Source of the DNA: Octopus sinensis
Taxonomy: Eukaryota
Direction of reading: 5' to 3'
Assembly: GCF_006345805.1 (NCBI RefSeq)
Contig: NC_043024.1
Span: forward strand, 8,308,001-8,372,000
Length of the DNA: 64,000 nucleotides
The translations under genes were made by a program, and so were the position numbers. Below the pieces are notes generated by a model. It saw nothing but the letters and a program-made list of their open reading frames with translations. It had not been told where the DNA came from and ran no database searches. Positions 49,488 through 63,335 of this stretch are shown piece by piece (the first letter of the stretch is position 1; each line of letters opens with the position of its first letter).

Positions 49488-50626
49488 TAATATATATATA
49501 TATACATACATACCTTCGTGTGTGTGTGTGTGTATATTATACGTGTATGTATATATGAGTGTATGTATATGACAACTAGGCAGTGTGTCGGCGATGTTTG
49601 AAGCCGAAAAAAAAAAATTAGGCTAGCCGGGTGTATTTAAAATATGTGTTGTCATCAGATGATTAAACATACATTCGTGTGTATATGTATGTGTGTCATT
49701 GCGTGTGTGTGTGTTTAATGCTTGTTTCCAAATCTTCCAGTCTTTTATACGTTTTCGAATGAGAATCATTTCTGGAAATATTTAGCCTGATACAATTATT
49801 TTGGAAATATGAAAACACGAATTGGGGTGGGTGGGTGGCTAAACAGGGTGTGACTTCGAAGTTACTGTGTCCCCTGTTCTTGTAAAAAAAAAAAAAACTA
49901 TAATAGATATCCTACAAAAGGAATTAGTTCGTCAATTTCATGTATGTATGTATGTATGTATGTATGTATGTATGTATGTATGTATGTTATGTATGTATGT
50001 ATGTATGATGTATGTATGTATGTATGTATGTATGTACGTACGTATGTATGTATGTATGTATGTATGTTATGTATGTATGTATGTATGTATGTATGTACGT
50101 ACGTATGTATGTATGTATGTATGTATGTACGTACGTATGTATGTATGTATGTATGTATGTTATGTATGTATGTATGTGTGTGTGTGTGTGTGCGTGCGTG
50201 TGTGCGTGCGTGTGTGCGTGCGTGTGTGCGTGCGTGTGTGCGTGCGTGTGTGCGTGCGTGCTTGGTGTTACGAACAGGAAGAACAGAACTCAGAACACAC
50301 ACGTATAATATAATGTACAATAAAGAAGAATGGAGTGTGTGTGCGTATATATATATATATTATATGTATGTATATGCAAAGAGCTAAAAACCACTAGGTG
50401 GTCAGCCGTATGCTAGAAGTAGATCACCTGCGGTCAAACTACAAAGAAAATGATCGTAGGTGATCTACTTCTAGCATACGGCTGACCACCTAGTGGTTTT
50501 TAGCCCTTTGAATATACACATGTATTAGAATTTTCTCTGATTTTTCCAGATTTTTGTATGCTAGGCTACTGGTTTTAAATTGATATTAATTAAATTAATA
50601 TTCAATTTATCCCTCTCATTATATAC

Positions 50627-50650
<24 letters not shown>
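48510..50650 (+). repeat. ~1.0-1.2-kb tandem duplication in PICALM intron 1
   Basis: Identical unique blocks at 48857/49867 and 49172/50383; differences confined to microsatellite lengths. Confidence 0.9.
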
Positions 50651-50700
<50 letters not shown>

Positions 50701-51292
50701 GGTACGTTTATATATTGACTAAACTGGCAAAATGACCATTCCGAAATATAACAATATATATATATATATGCATTTGTATATAAATCAGTATATATATATA
50801 TATAATTTCCAATCGATGTTATTTTATGCGTGTAACGTATATTTTTTTTGTCATGCCTTTCATAGTTTATATATATATACACTCTCAAATCCAATGATAA
50901 CCATTCCCTGTGTTGATAAGTTCCTCCTCCTTGCCATTATAGTCAACTGTGTGTATATAATATCTGGATGGATTCCGATCTGCGTCTTGGAATATATATA
51001 TATATATACATACATACCTTCGTGTGTGTGTGTGTGTGTATATTTGTCTATTTTTATTATTGGTGTATCTGTGTGCATATATGTATCGATGTATACTTTA
51101 AATGTATGGACGAATGTGGATGACATATGCAATTAATTTTTTTAATGCGTGCGTGTTATATATATATATATATATATATACGTACCTATATATGTAGGTA
51201 CGTATATATATATATATATATATATATACACGTACCTATATCTGTAGGTACGTACATATATGTATGTATATGCATATGTTTAATTTTATATA

Positions 51293-51336
<44 letters not shown>

Positions 51337-51404
51337 GTACCTATATATGTAGGTACGTACATATATGTATGTATATATGCATATGTTTTATTTTATTATA
51401 TATA

Positions 51405-51448
<44 letters not shown>

Positions 51449-51504
51449 GTACCTACCTATATATGTAGGTACGTACATATATGTATGTATATATGCATGT
51501 GTTT

Positions 51505-51560
<56 letters not shown>

Positions 51561-51989
51561 GTACCTACCTATATATGTAGGTACGTACATATATGTATGT
51601 ATATATGCATGTGTTTTATTTTATTATATATATATATATATACGCACACACGCATATGTGTGTTTGTGTATATATATATAATTGTGTCTCTTCCGTTCAA
51701 TCCTCGATTAGTCCTTGAATACAATTTAATCGGCATTCCATTTTAATCTATGATATTTCCTTAAAATAAAGATAAAAATTATCAAAAAAACAACAAAAAA
51801 AAAGGGAAAAAAAAATTGCATTACGTTCTGTACTTATATTTTTAATTATCCCATTTCTGAGCATAAATCATTTGATAATTTATTCTTCTAGGTCCCCTCT
51901 CTCTCTCCCTTCTTAAATTATTATTTAATCCCATTTTGTACTGTCAGACCTGATTATCATCCTCATTATTATTATTATCATTATTATTA

Positions 51990-52024
<35 letters not shown>

Positions 52025-52054
52025 TGCTCCCGTGGCTCACAAAAGAAATCATCA

Positions 52055-52092
<38 letters not shown>

Positions 52093-53029
52093 TGCTCCCG
52101 TGGCTCACAAAAAAAAAATCATCATTATTATTATTATTATTAATTGCTCCCGTGGCTCACAAAAGAAATCATTATTATTATTATTATTAATTGCTCCCGT
52201 GGCTCACAAAAGAAATCATCATCATCATTATTATTATTATTATTATTATTATTGAGGGACGGAAGGTAAGCTTGGACGAAGTAAGATTTCTAGAATGCCT
52301 CACATTTCACACAGAATAATAATTAAGAAAAAAAAAGTGCTTCTTTCTCTCTCTCTCTCTCTCTATTCATTCTCTCTCGACCCATCTTTAATTGTCCTTT
52401 GACTGTCATTCTAATGATAATAATAACAGCGCTAATACTACTGCAGGTAACAAAAACACAACGATGATTTTCTTCCGTAATTACTATTCTGTAGGTAGGT
52501 TTTGTTAATTACCAAGGTGGCTGTTGTACATTCTGAGATATCTAGCTAAGAGTAAGGCCTAGCAAAACGGAAAAAAAAACGGTCCCCCACCTCTTACATA
52601 ACATGATTTTGACGTCACGCCCATTCATTCACTTTTCCCTCTCTCTAAACATGAATTTTCATTCATTCCGACCTCTCATCTCTATCATTTTCCCTTTCGT
52701 CTTGTTGCAAGCATAGTATTTTAGTATATTCGTGGCAGTTGGCAGTGTGTGTACGTACATATATATATATATATATATATATGTTACATAAAGCAGTTGT
52801 TTGGTTCATGGAGAAGGTTTAAAACAAACACCTTGACACTTCAATTCTCTTAGCAATCTAGTTATCGTGTTCCGACTCTGTGTGTGAGAGAGGTAACGCC
52901 AACAACGAAACGTTCTTTTCAACCACAAAGGTTATTAGAAGCAAGGAATCCGAAGACCCAGTGTTAGAGCACGTGACACAGTGCTAATAATAATTTCTTT
53001 TATAATGTGCGATGCTTATAATAATAATA

Positions 53030-53810
53030 ATAATTTGTTTCTATATTATCCACAAGGGGACAAACAAGGACAGACAATCGGATTAAGTCGATTACATCGA
53101 CCCCCAGTGCGTAACTGGTACTTAATTTATCGACCCCGAAAGGATGAAAGGTAAAGACGACCTCGGCGGAATTTGAACTCAGAACGTAACAGCAGACGAA
53201 ATACATAATAATAATAATAATAATAATAATAATTTGTTTCTATATTACCCACAAGGGGCTAAACATAGAGGGGACAAACAAGGACAGACAAATGGATTAA
53301 GTCGATTACATCGACCCCCAGTGCGTAACTGGTACTTAATTTATTGACCCCGAAAGGATGAAAGGTAAAGACGGCGGAATTTGAACTCAGAACGTAACGG
53401 CAGACGAAATACATAATAATAATAATAATTTGTTTCTATATTACCCATAAGGGGCTAAACATAGAGGGGACAAACAAGGACAGACAATCGGATTAAGTCG
53501 ATTACATCGATCCCCAGTGCGTAACTGGTACTTAATTTATTGACCCCGAAGGATGAAGGTAAAGACGGCGGAATTTGAACTCAGAACGTAACGGCAGACG
53601 AAATACATAATAATAATAATAATTGTTTCTATATTACCCATAAGGGGCTAAACATAGAGGGGACAAACAAGGACAGACAAATGGATTAAGTCGATTACAT
53701 CGATCCCCAGTGCGTAACTGGTACTTAATTTATTGACCCCGAAAGGATGAAAGGTAAAGACGGCGGAATTTGAACTCAGAACGTAACGGCAGACGAAATA
53801 AATAATAATA
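53030..53810 (-). mobile_element. Tetrameric Meta-like SINE array with (AAT)n spacers
   Basis: Four ~190-200-bp units. Confidence 0.82.
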
Positions 53811-54744
53811 ATAATAGTAATAATAATGGTTTCAAATTTTGCCACAAGGGCAGCAATTTTGGGGAAGGGTTAAGTCGATTACATCGACCCCATCGTATAT
53901 CTGGTACTTATTTTGTCGACCCCCGAAAGGGTGAAAGGCAAAGTCGACCTCAGCGGAATTAGTAATAGTAATAATAATGGTTTCAAATTTTGGGCAAACA
54001 GTTTTTGAGGAGAGGGGAAGATGATGATATCGACCTAGAAAGGATGACAGGCAAAGGCAACGTGAGTGGAATTTGAACTCAGTACGTAAAAACAGATGAA
54101 ATGCCGCTAAGCATTTTTCTCGGCGTGCTAACGATTCTGCCAGCTTGCTACCTTTGCCAGTGTTAATGATGAGGATGATTACTATTTCTTACATAAGTAC
54201 AGGGTCAGAAATGTAGGGGGGAGGGGTTAGTCGATTATTATAGATCCCATCGGTACAGAGAATGAATATTATATATATTATTAGATTATTGGCGAAGGTA
54301 AAGAATACGCACACTCGGTGTTACGCCCAAAACGGGTGGTGTGCATATTCTTTACCTCTGCCAAATTATTTGTCCCAGCACTGGCAGCGAACCCTTACCT
54401 ACTCCATGTGTATCATTAATTACCCCAAGACTCGATTGGTATGTATTTCATCGACCCTGGGGCGGTGAAAGGCAAAGTTGACCTTGGCAGCGTTTGAACT
54501 CAAAACGTGAACGTCCCAAGAGATTCTGCTGGTCATTTTGTCCAGTGCTGTAACTTTCTGTCAGTTGATAGTCATCATCATGATTTAACGCCCATTTTTT
54601 CATGCTTGCTAGGATTAGACGGAATTTACTGAGGTGTGACTGGACGCCCTTCCTGTTGCCAGCTCCGACCTGTTCCTTAGCCAAATAATATTTCCCGATG
54701 TCCAAACATGATTTTCAAAGAAGACTGGATATGAACAACACTGC

Positions 54745-55140
54745 TTGTGAAACCTGGACGTTATCAAAAAAGCTTGAGAGGTGGTTGGATGGAACCTACA
54801 CTCGCCTCCTTATGAGAGCTCAAAATCTCTCGTGGAAGCCTCATCCAACCAAAATGCAAATATATGGGAAACTACCACCTGTGTCATCTCTTGTGAAAGG
54901 TAGGAGAGTCCAGTTTGCTGGACATTGTTGTAGAGCTGAAAACGAGGCAATTTCTACTCTTCTCCTCTGGAAGCCATCTACTCGCAATACCAGAGGGCGC
55001 ACACTCTCCTACCCTGATGTAATCTCCAGGGATACAGGCATCCAGCAACAGGACCTCTGTAATGCTATGATGGACTGTGAAGTCTGGCGTAGCATTGTAA
55101 ATTCCATTGTCTCGACCACGGTCGAACAATGATGATGATG
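54745..55140 (+). mobile_element. RTE-clade LINE 3' fragment
   Basis: ACETWTLSKKLERWLDGTYTRLLMRA...STTVEQ* followed by (TGA)n; small copies at 11600-11670 and 63920-64000. Confidence 0.82.
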
Positions 55141-55396
55141 TTTGACGTGATGTCTAGGCAAGGGTACATACATACACACACACATAACCAACAAGTTTCA
55201 ATTTCCTTCTACCGATTCACTCACGGGGCTTTGGTTGGCCTGGGGCTATAACAGAGCACTTGCCCAACGCGCAGTGCAGTGGAACTGAACCTATGAACTC
55301 ATAGTTAGGAAGCAAACTTCTTAACTATATAGCCACGCCTGCACACACACACATACACACACATGCACATATGTATTCATGCATACACACACTTCT

Positions 55397-55990
55397 AGGA
55401 GGCACATGGCCTAGTGGTTAGAGCAGCAGACTCGCGGTCGAGGGGTCACGGGTTCGAATCTCAGACTGGGCGATGTGTGTGTTTATGAGCAAAACACCTA
55501 AGCTCCACGCGGGTCCGGCAGAAGGTAATGGCAAAACTTCTGCTGACTCCTTCGCCACAACCTTCTTTCACTCTTTCCTCCTGCATCTTGCAGCTCACCT
55601 GTGACAGACTGGTGTCCTGTCCAGGTGGGGAACTTATACGCCAAGAAACCGGGAAACCGGCCCTTATGAGCCAGGCATGGCTCGAGACGGAACAAGCAAT
55701 AAATGGCTCAGTGGTTAGAGCAGTGGACTCGCGGTCGTAGGATCGTGGTTTCGATTGGGCGTAGTGAGTGTACATTGAGCGAAAACACCTAAGCTCCACG
55801 CGGGTCCGGCAGAAGGTAATGGCGAACTTCTGCTGACTCTTTCGCCATAACTTTCTCTCACTTTTCCCTCCTGCATCTTGCAGTTCACCTGCAACTGACT
55901 GGCATCCCGTCCAGGTGGGGAACCTATACGCCAAGGAAACCGGGAAACCGGCTCTATGAACCAGGCATGGCTCGAGAAGGAACAAACATC
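55397..55990 (+). mobile_element. Two tandem family 3 SINEs
   Basis: Heads at 55397 and about 55705. Confidence 0.8.
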
Positions 55991-56634
55991 ATTATTATTT
56001 TTATCATTATCAAATATGGCAAGCTGGCAGAATTGTTAAAATGCATAGCAGTATCTCATCTGTTCTTACGTTCTGAGTTCTAATTCCACTGAGGTCAGCT
56101 TTGCCTTTCATCCTTTTGCGGTCAATAAAATAAGTATCAGTGGTGCACTGGGGTCGATGAAACTTTCTCTCACTCTTTCTTCCTGCATCTTGCAGCCCAC
56201 CTGCGACGGACCGGCGTCCCGTCCAGGTGGGGAACCTATACGCCAAGGAAACCGGGAAACCGGCCCTATGAGCCAAACATGGCTCGAGAAGGAACAAAAA
56301 CAAAATACACACACTCCTCAAGGCGTGTGGCTTAGTGGTTACGATGATGCACTTTGGATTACGGAATTGTGGTTTCAATTCCCAGACTGGTAGTTCATTG
56401 TGTCTTTGAGCCAAATGCTTTGTTTCATGTTCCTCCAGTTCACAGAGCTGTAAACAGGTAAGCCCTGTGACAGACTAACGACTAATCCCCTCCTGTTCAG
56501 AGGGAATATTGGTCTGCCTACCTAAGCCAGTGGGATGGCATCATTTAAAAGCTGCAACAACGTAAGGAAGTGCACTGTGACAGGCAGTGTATAACAACAT
56601 CCGGTAGTTTGGTCGAAATAGTGATATACTCTTT

Positions 56635-57056
56635 ATTCTCTCTTTTACTCTTTTACTTGTTTCAGTCATTTGACTGCGGCCATGCTGGAGCACCGCCTTT
56701 TAATCGAGCAACTCGACCCCGGGACTTATTCTTTTGTAAGCCCAGTACTTATTCTATCGGTCTCTTTTTGCCGAACCGCTAAGTAACGGGGACATAAACA
56801 CACCAGCATTGGTTGTCAAGCAATGCTAGGGGGACAAACACAGACACACAAACACACACACCCATATATATATATACATATATATACATATATACGACAA
56901 ACTTCTTTCAGTTTCCGTCTACCAAATCCACTCACAAGGCTTTGGTTGGCTCGAGGCTATAGTAGAAGACACTTGCCCAAGATGCTACGCAGTCGGACTG
57001 AACCCGGGACCATGTGGTTGGTAAACAAGCTACTTACCACACAGCCACTCCTACGC
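56635..57056 (-). mobile_element. SINE family 1 full-length copy
   Basis: As 10966-11360. Confidence 0.82.
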
Positions 57057-57299
57057 TATTTTTTTCTTCTTGTATTGTCACAAGGGGTGGCTGGTTTGGG
57101 GACAATACTGGAACAGGCTACGAAAGGGGGTTGACACTGAAATCAAACAAATGAGAAGAAAAAATTGCCATACACACGGTTGCCTTAGAGAGACAGAAAA
57201 ATGGATGACCAGCCCCTAAAATCACATAGCCAAGTTAAGTGCCCTTTCTCAGCTCTAATTTCTCATACTGGGAGTTAACTTATTCCCTCATGTGATCCT

Positions 57300-57860
57300 C
57301 AACGCTCTCGTTCACCTTTCAATACCTTCCTCTCTCTGTTCACCTTCCTTTCTCTGTTCACCTTCCTTTTTCTGTTCACCTTCATTCCCCTGTTCACTTT
57401 CATTTCCATGTTCACCTTCCTCTCTCTGTTCACCTTCTTCTCCCAGTTCACTTCCCTTTCCCAGTTCACCTTTCCTTCCCGCTTCACCTTCTTCTCTGTC
57501 TCTCTTCATCTTCCTCTCTCTCTGTTCACATTCCTCTCTTTCTGTTCACCTTTTTCTCCCAGTTCACCTTCCTCTCCCCATTCGCTCTCCTTTCCCAAGC
57601 ATCCCTTCCCACTTCAGCTTCCTCTTCATGTTCACCTTCTCTCTGTTCACCTTCCTCTCTCTCTCTTCACCTTCCTCTGTCTCTGTTCATTTTCCTCTCT
57701 CTCTGTTCATTTTTCTCTCTCTGTATTCACATTCCTCTCTCTCTGTTCACATTCCTCTCTCTCTGTTCACATTCCTCTCTCTCTGTTCACATTCCTCTCT
57801 TTCTGTTCACATTCCTGTCTCTCTGTTTACCTTCCTCTCCTGGTTCACCTTCCTCTCCAA
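57300..57860 (+). repeat. ~18-bp pyrimidine minisatellite (CTCTCTGTTCACCTTCCT)n
   Basis: Direct inspection. Confidence 0.88.
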
Positions 57861-60053
57861 TTGGGATCTGCAAATGTTGATGGTAAACTTGGCTATGTGG
57901 TTAAGAAGCTCACTTTGCAACCATGCAACCTTTTGGTTCAGTCCTACTGCTTGGCATCTCGAGCATATGTCTACTCCTATAACCCCTGGCCAACCAATGC
58001 CTTGTGAGTGGATTTGGCAGATGGACACAGTGTGGAAACCCACTTTGTGCACACATGTATATATATGTGTGTGTGACCAGGAATAGCAGATGGCTGTAGT
58101 AAAAGTGTTTGTGAGGTGGTCAGAGCTGAAAGGACTGAGAACAGACATCTTTCCCCTCAGTCAATCTCCTTTTATTTTATTTTACTTATTTCAGTTTTTG
58201 CACTATGGCCCATGCTGGAGTACCACCTTGAAGGGTTTAGTTGAAGAAATCAACTACAGTACTAACTTTTTTTTTCTAAGTTTGGTATTTTTTTCTGTTG
58301 GTCTCTTTTGCTGAACCGCTAAGTTATGGGTAAGTAAACAAACCAACATTGGGAAGGGGACAAACACAAACACACACATAGCTATCTGCTATTCTACTCA
58401 AAATTTCAACACCCTTAACTATGGAAAGCAGTTTTATACACCAATCTGTCTTTCACTGTGGAATGTCGTGTTTGGAACTATTTTTCTGTTGCGATATGTC
58501 AAGTTTATTGATTGAAGCAATGTAACTTGCAGAAAATGCTGATTCTAGATTTATCTAACAAAAAATAGAATTGGTGTCTATCAGTCATGTTATTCCATCA
58601 TTGCACGAATCATCATCATTGTTTAAGGTCCGTTTTCTGTGCTAGCATGGGTTGGACGGTTTGACCGGCACGGAGGCCAGTTGAGGCGGCGCTGGCAATG
58701 GCCACATTTGGATGGTGCTTTTTACGTGCCACCGGCACAGGGATCCCAACTACAATTTCCATTTGATATTTATTTTGATGTTGATGTACTTGATTCAATA
58801 AGTCTCCTCAAGCACAGCAGGTCATGTGCCACCGGCACATGGTTCTAGGTTCAGTTCCACCATGTGGTCTTGGGCAAGTGTCTTCTACTGTGTAGCCCCA
58901 GCCTGACCAAAGCCTTGTGAGCGGATTTGATAGATGGAAACTGAAAGAAGCCTATTATGTGTGTGTGAATGTATATATATGTGTGTGTGTGTTTGTTTGT
59001 CTTTGTCCTTCACCACTGCTTGATAGTCGGTGTTGGTTTGTTTCTGTCCCTGTAAATTAGCAGTCCCACATAAGAGACCAACAGAATAAACACCAGGCTT
59101 AAAATATATATATAAAAAAAAGGTATGGGGTTGATTTCTTTGTCTCTCAGAATCAGCTGACCTTCATTTGGTTATCATTCGAATGGTGAAGTTACCCAGA
59201 CTCAAATCCAGGTAAAAGAGCGGAGTTAAGTTAGGGGCAGCAGCCGCTTACGACAACATCTGAAGAAACTGAAGAAAATCTATTAATTAAACCCTTCAAG
59301 GCAATGCTCCAGCATGGCTGCAGTCCAATGATTGAAACCAGTAAAAGATAAAAGATATTGTATACCTCAAAGAACATTATCTACTGTTCTTTTCCTTATT
59401 CAGGACAGCTGGTTTGAGAAGGATTTCACTGCTATTTTTAGCATGCCATGTGACCATGTGTAAGCTTCGTTACTTTCTCATATTTCCCTCCAAATGCGGG
59501 TGTCTTAATGAGTCTCTTTATTAGCAATCCTGGCCTAATTATAAAATACTTTAATTACCAAAGGATTTGGATTATACTTGTTTAGCCGTAGCTCAGCTGT
59601 GATTAAGCAACACAGCAATCAAAGAGAATCCAACCATGACCTCCCTATCATTTTTTAAACATTCAGCCATTGTTTTTCAAGAGCTAATATCTAATGTGTC
59701 CTTCCTTTTCTTTTTTTTTCTCTAAAACAACGAGGGATGATTTTGAGGGAGATTTAGCTACTATTTCTAGCAAACCAAAAGAGGTACATTTGTTACCTTG
59801 TGATTTTTCTTTTTTAGTGGAGGATAATCTGGGATTGAACTGTAAATATATATGGGGTTGATTCATATAGGCGCAGGAGTGGCTGTGTGGTAAGCAGCTT
59901 GCTAACCAACCACATGGTTCCGGGTTCAGTCCCACTGTGTGGCATCTTGGTCAAGTGTCTTCTGCTATAGCTTCGGGTCGACCAAAGCCTTGTGAATGGA
60001 TTTGGTAGACGGAAACTGAAAGAAGCCTGTCGTATATATGTATATATATATAT

Positions 60054-60445
60054 GTTCTACTTGCCTAGAACCTGTCCTCTGAACCACCCCTCCCACTGGT
60101 GCTCCCCTATATTTCTGCACCCCCCCCACCACCATTATAGGTGTCTACTCTTTGAACCCCCCTCTTCAATACGCTATTTCACCATGCATTACCCCTCTCT
60201 CGATATCCTACGTTCTACTTGCCTATTACCTGTCCTCTGAACCACCCCTCCCACTGGTGCTCCCCTATATTTCTGCACCCCCCCCACCACCATTATAGGT
60301 GTCTACTCTTTGAACCCCCCTCTTCAATACGCTATTTCACCATGCATTACCCCTCTCTCGATATCCTACGTTCTACTTGCCTATTACCTGTCCTCTGAAC
60401 CACCCCTCCCACTGGTGCTCCCCTATATTTCTGCACCCCCCCCCA
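60054..60445 (+). repeat. 158-bp tandem repeat, about 2.5 copies
   Basis: GTTCTACTTGCCTA at 60054, 60212, 60370. Confidence 0.88.
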
Positions 60446-61439
60446 TAAAAAAAAGCACCATCCGAACGTGGCCGATGCCAGACCCCTCTGGCACCTGTGC
60501 AGGTGGCACGTAAAAAACACCCACTACACTCGCGGAGTGGTTGGCGTTAGGAAGGGCATCCAGCTGTAGAAACACTGCCAGACTAGACTGGAGCCTGGGG
60601 CAGTCCCGAGCTCTCCAGACCCCGGTCGAAACCGTCCAACCCGTGCTAGCGCGGAAAACGGACGTTAAACGATGATGATGATGTATATGTTTGCGTGTCT
60701 GTGTTTGTCCCTCTAGCATTGCTTGACAACCAATGCTGGTTGTCATGAATGACCTTAGGATTGTATTTAGAAAATCCAGGCAAGGTTGTTTGTGGAAAAC
60801 CAACAGATGCACATGCATACCAGCTTCCTCTCTCTCTCTATGCCACCGATGTTATCTGAGGGAAAGGCAAAGGCTGATACAGCTTGGTACCAGTGACGTC
60901 GCATCTCATTTCAACAGCTGAGTGAACTGAAGTAACATGAAATAACGTGTCTTGTTCAAGAACACAACACGTAGCCCGGTTCGGGATTCAAACTCACTAC
61001 ATCATGACTGAGCCCATTGCTCTAACTACTGAGCCATGCACCTTCACTGTTTCCAAGGTAATGTTTCCCAATGGTTGAACATATTTTTCACAGAAGACCG
61101 CAAACGAATGACACTGCTTAAATGATAGTGACGTCCATTTTATAACTATTGTACTATATCAAGACAAGGAGACACAAAACATTCACACACATATCATCAT
61201 CACTTAGCGTTCACTTTTACAAAAGTTCTTGAAGCAAATTTTCTACAGTCGGATGCTCTTCCTGTCACTAACCCATACCTGTCTCTAAACAATGTAATAA
61301 TTTCTCATAGCAAGATATGTTTTTCATTGGAGAATAGAAACGAATAAGGGAGACTTGATTGCTATTTCTGGCACATCAAACAGCTGTTTAGAGGATCTTT
61401 CATTGATTTAGATAGACTTAGAAGTAATGTGGACATAAT

Positions 61440-61800
61440 AATAATGTTTGTCTGTTGTTGATCATGACCAAGGACATTACATGGGAGAAGATGATGGGTC
61501 GTGGTGTGTCCAGTTGTGGCCAATCAGTCCAATGAATGCTTGGAAGGCTCTGCCACAGGTCAGATGCTGGTGGTCTGCTGGGAATGAAGGCAAAAAGTTG
61601 GCCCTGGACTTGCGCAGTTCACGTTTTCTTTGTTCTTGCAATCCCGTTCTGTTTGTAGGAGGCGGCACCTCTGTTGGTGCAGCTATGCCAGGCAGGGCGG
61701 TCCTGTGCTTATGGGTACAGAATGTAAGTGAATATATAAATGTCTGGGGTTGCCACTGTATTTGGTGTTCTAACAAAACATCAAGTTGAATATACATGTT
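61440..61800 (-). pseudogene. RTE/BovB-like LINE C-terminal remnant
   Basis: ...LQEQRKRELRKSRA...LTCGRAFQAFIGLIGHNWTH resembles the C-terminal Cys/His (CxRxxxxxIGLxSHxRxH-like) motif of RTE ORF2. Confidence 0.6.
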
Positions 61801-62941
61801 GCCTGTAGGTTTTAGTCCTGCTTCTGTTGCTAATAATTATTTTTTAACCCTTTAGTGTTTAAACCGGTCATACCCCCCCCCCCCAAATAATCTACCTGTT
61901 TTCTGTTAAAACTGCCCAGATTTGGTATCTCAAAAACAGGTGATAACATCATGGAAATCTTAAAGCTACGAAATAATGCATGATTAGCTCAAAACAATAT
62001 GGATGAATAAATATTATATTTGACAGAATAATCTGAATGCTAAAGGGTTAAATTGGGGTCTGGTTTTTGTTTAGTCTATGTCTACCATGATCAAAGGTGT
62101 TTCATCCTTGACCATCCGTCAAATGTATTTTGCTTGGGATTAACTATTTTATCCACTGTATCTTATATTTTTAAAGTGGTATGGTGTGATTTGAAAGAGA
62201 TTTGACTGCTGTTTCTAGCAGGTCAACTACGTAGAAAGGCATGGGCAACCTTTCTGGATAAGTGGGCCACACAGACCATGGTTCATCATCAGGAGGGTTG
62301 CACTAGTAAAAAAAGAAGATTCCAGGTCATTTTCCAATAGACATGTCATTCAGAAAGTTCCATGGGCTGCCAGTTGTCCATGACTGACGTGGAAGCACCT
62401 TGCATTTGTGTTTGTACCAGGGACAGAACAGTTCTCACTCTCTTCCTCCTGCTCCACCACTGTCATCACCTAGTCCTGAGAGAACCTCTATGTGGTAGCT
62501 CAACCTGCTATAAATAGCAACAAAATCTCTTTTGAATCACAACCCATACTCTTACATTCAAAGAAGAACATTGATGTAGTCCAAGTTATCTCTAAGAAAA
62601 ATAGAAAAAAAGGCAGGGTGGCCACTGCTGAATGTCTTTGATCATAGGTCAGTTCTTAAGGAGCAGAATAATGATCAATACAGTTCCAGCGATAACCATT
62701 CCTTTTAGAATACCAGGAATTACATTTTATGAAGCATCCCTTCTTTTTCTGAAATTACAAGAGTGTGATGTAATTTGAGAGGTATTTGGCTGCTATTTCT
62801 AGCAGGCTGAATGACCACTAAGAGAGATAATTGATGTGGCTTCTAGTGTTAAGTTCAATCTTTGTTACAGAAAAGGGCAGTGGTCTGTGATTGACCAGTG
62901 TCTTGTCTAATATAATCCATATTTTTGTTGAAATATTCAAG

Positions 62942-63335
62942 ACGCAGGAGTGGATGTGTGGTAAGTAGCTTGCTTACGAACCACATGGTTCCGGGTTCAG
63001 TCCCACTGCGTGGCATCTTGGGCAAGTATTTTCTACTATAGCCTCAGGCTGACCAAAGCCTTGTGAGTGGATTTGGTAGACAGAAACTGAAAGAAGCCTA
63101 TTGTATATATGTATGTGTGTGTATATGTTTGTGTGTCTGTGTTTGTCACCCCAACATTGCTTGACAACCGATGCTGGTGTGTTTATGTCCCCGTAACTTA
63201 ACGGTCCGGCAAAAGTGACCGATAAAATAAGTACTAGGCTTACAAAGAATAAGTCCTGGAGTCAATTTACTCGACTAAAGGCGGTGCTCCAGCATGGCCA
63301 CAGTCAAATGACTGAAACAAGTAAAAGGGTAAAGA
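62942..63335 (+). mobile_element. SINE family 1 full-length copy
   Basis: Head to tail present. Confidence 0.82.
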
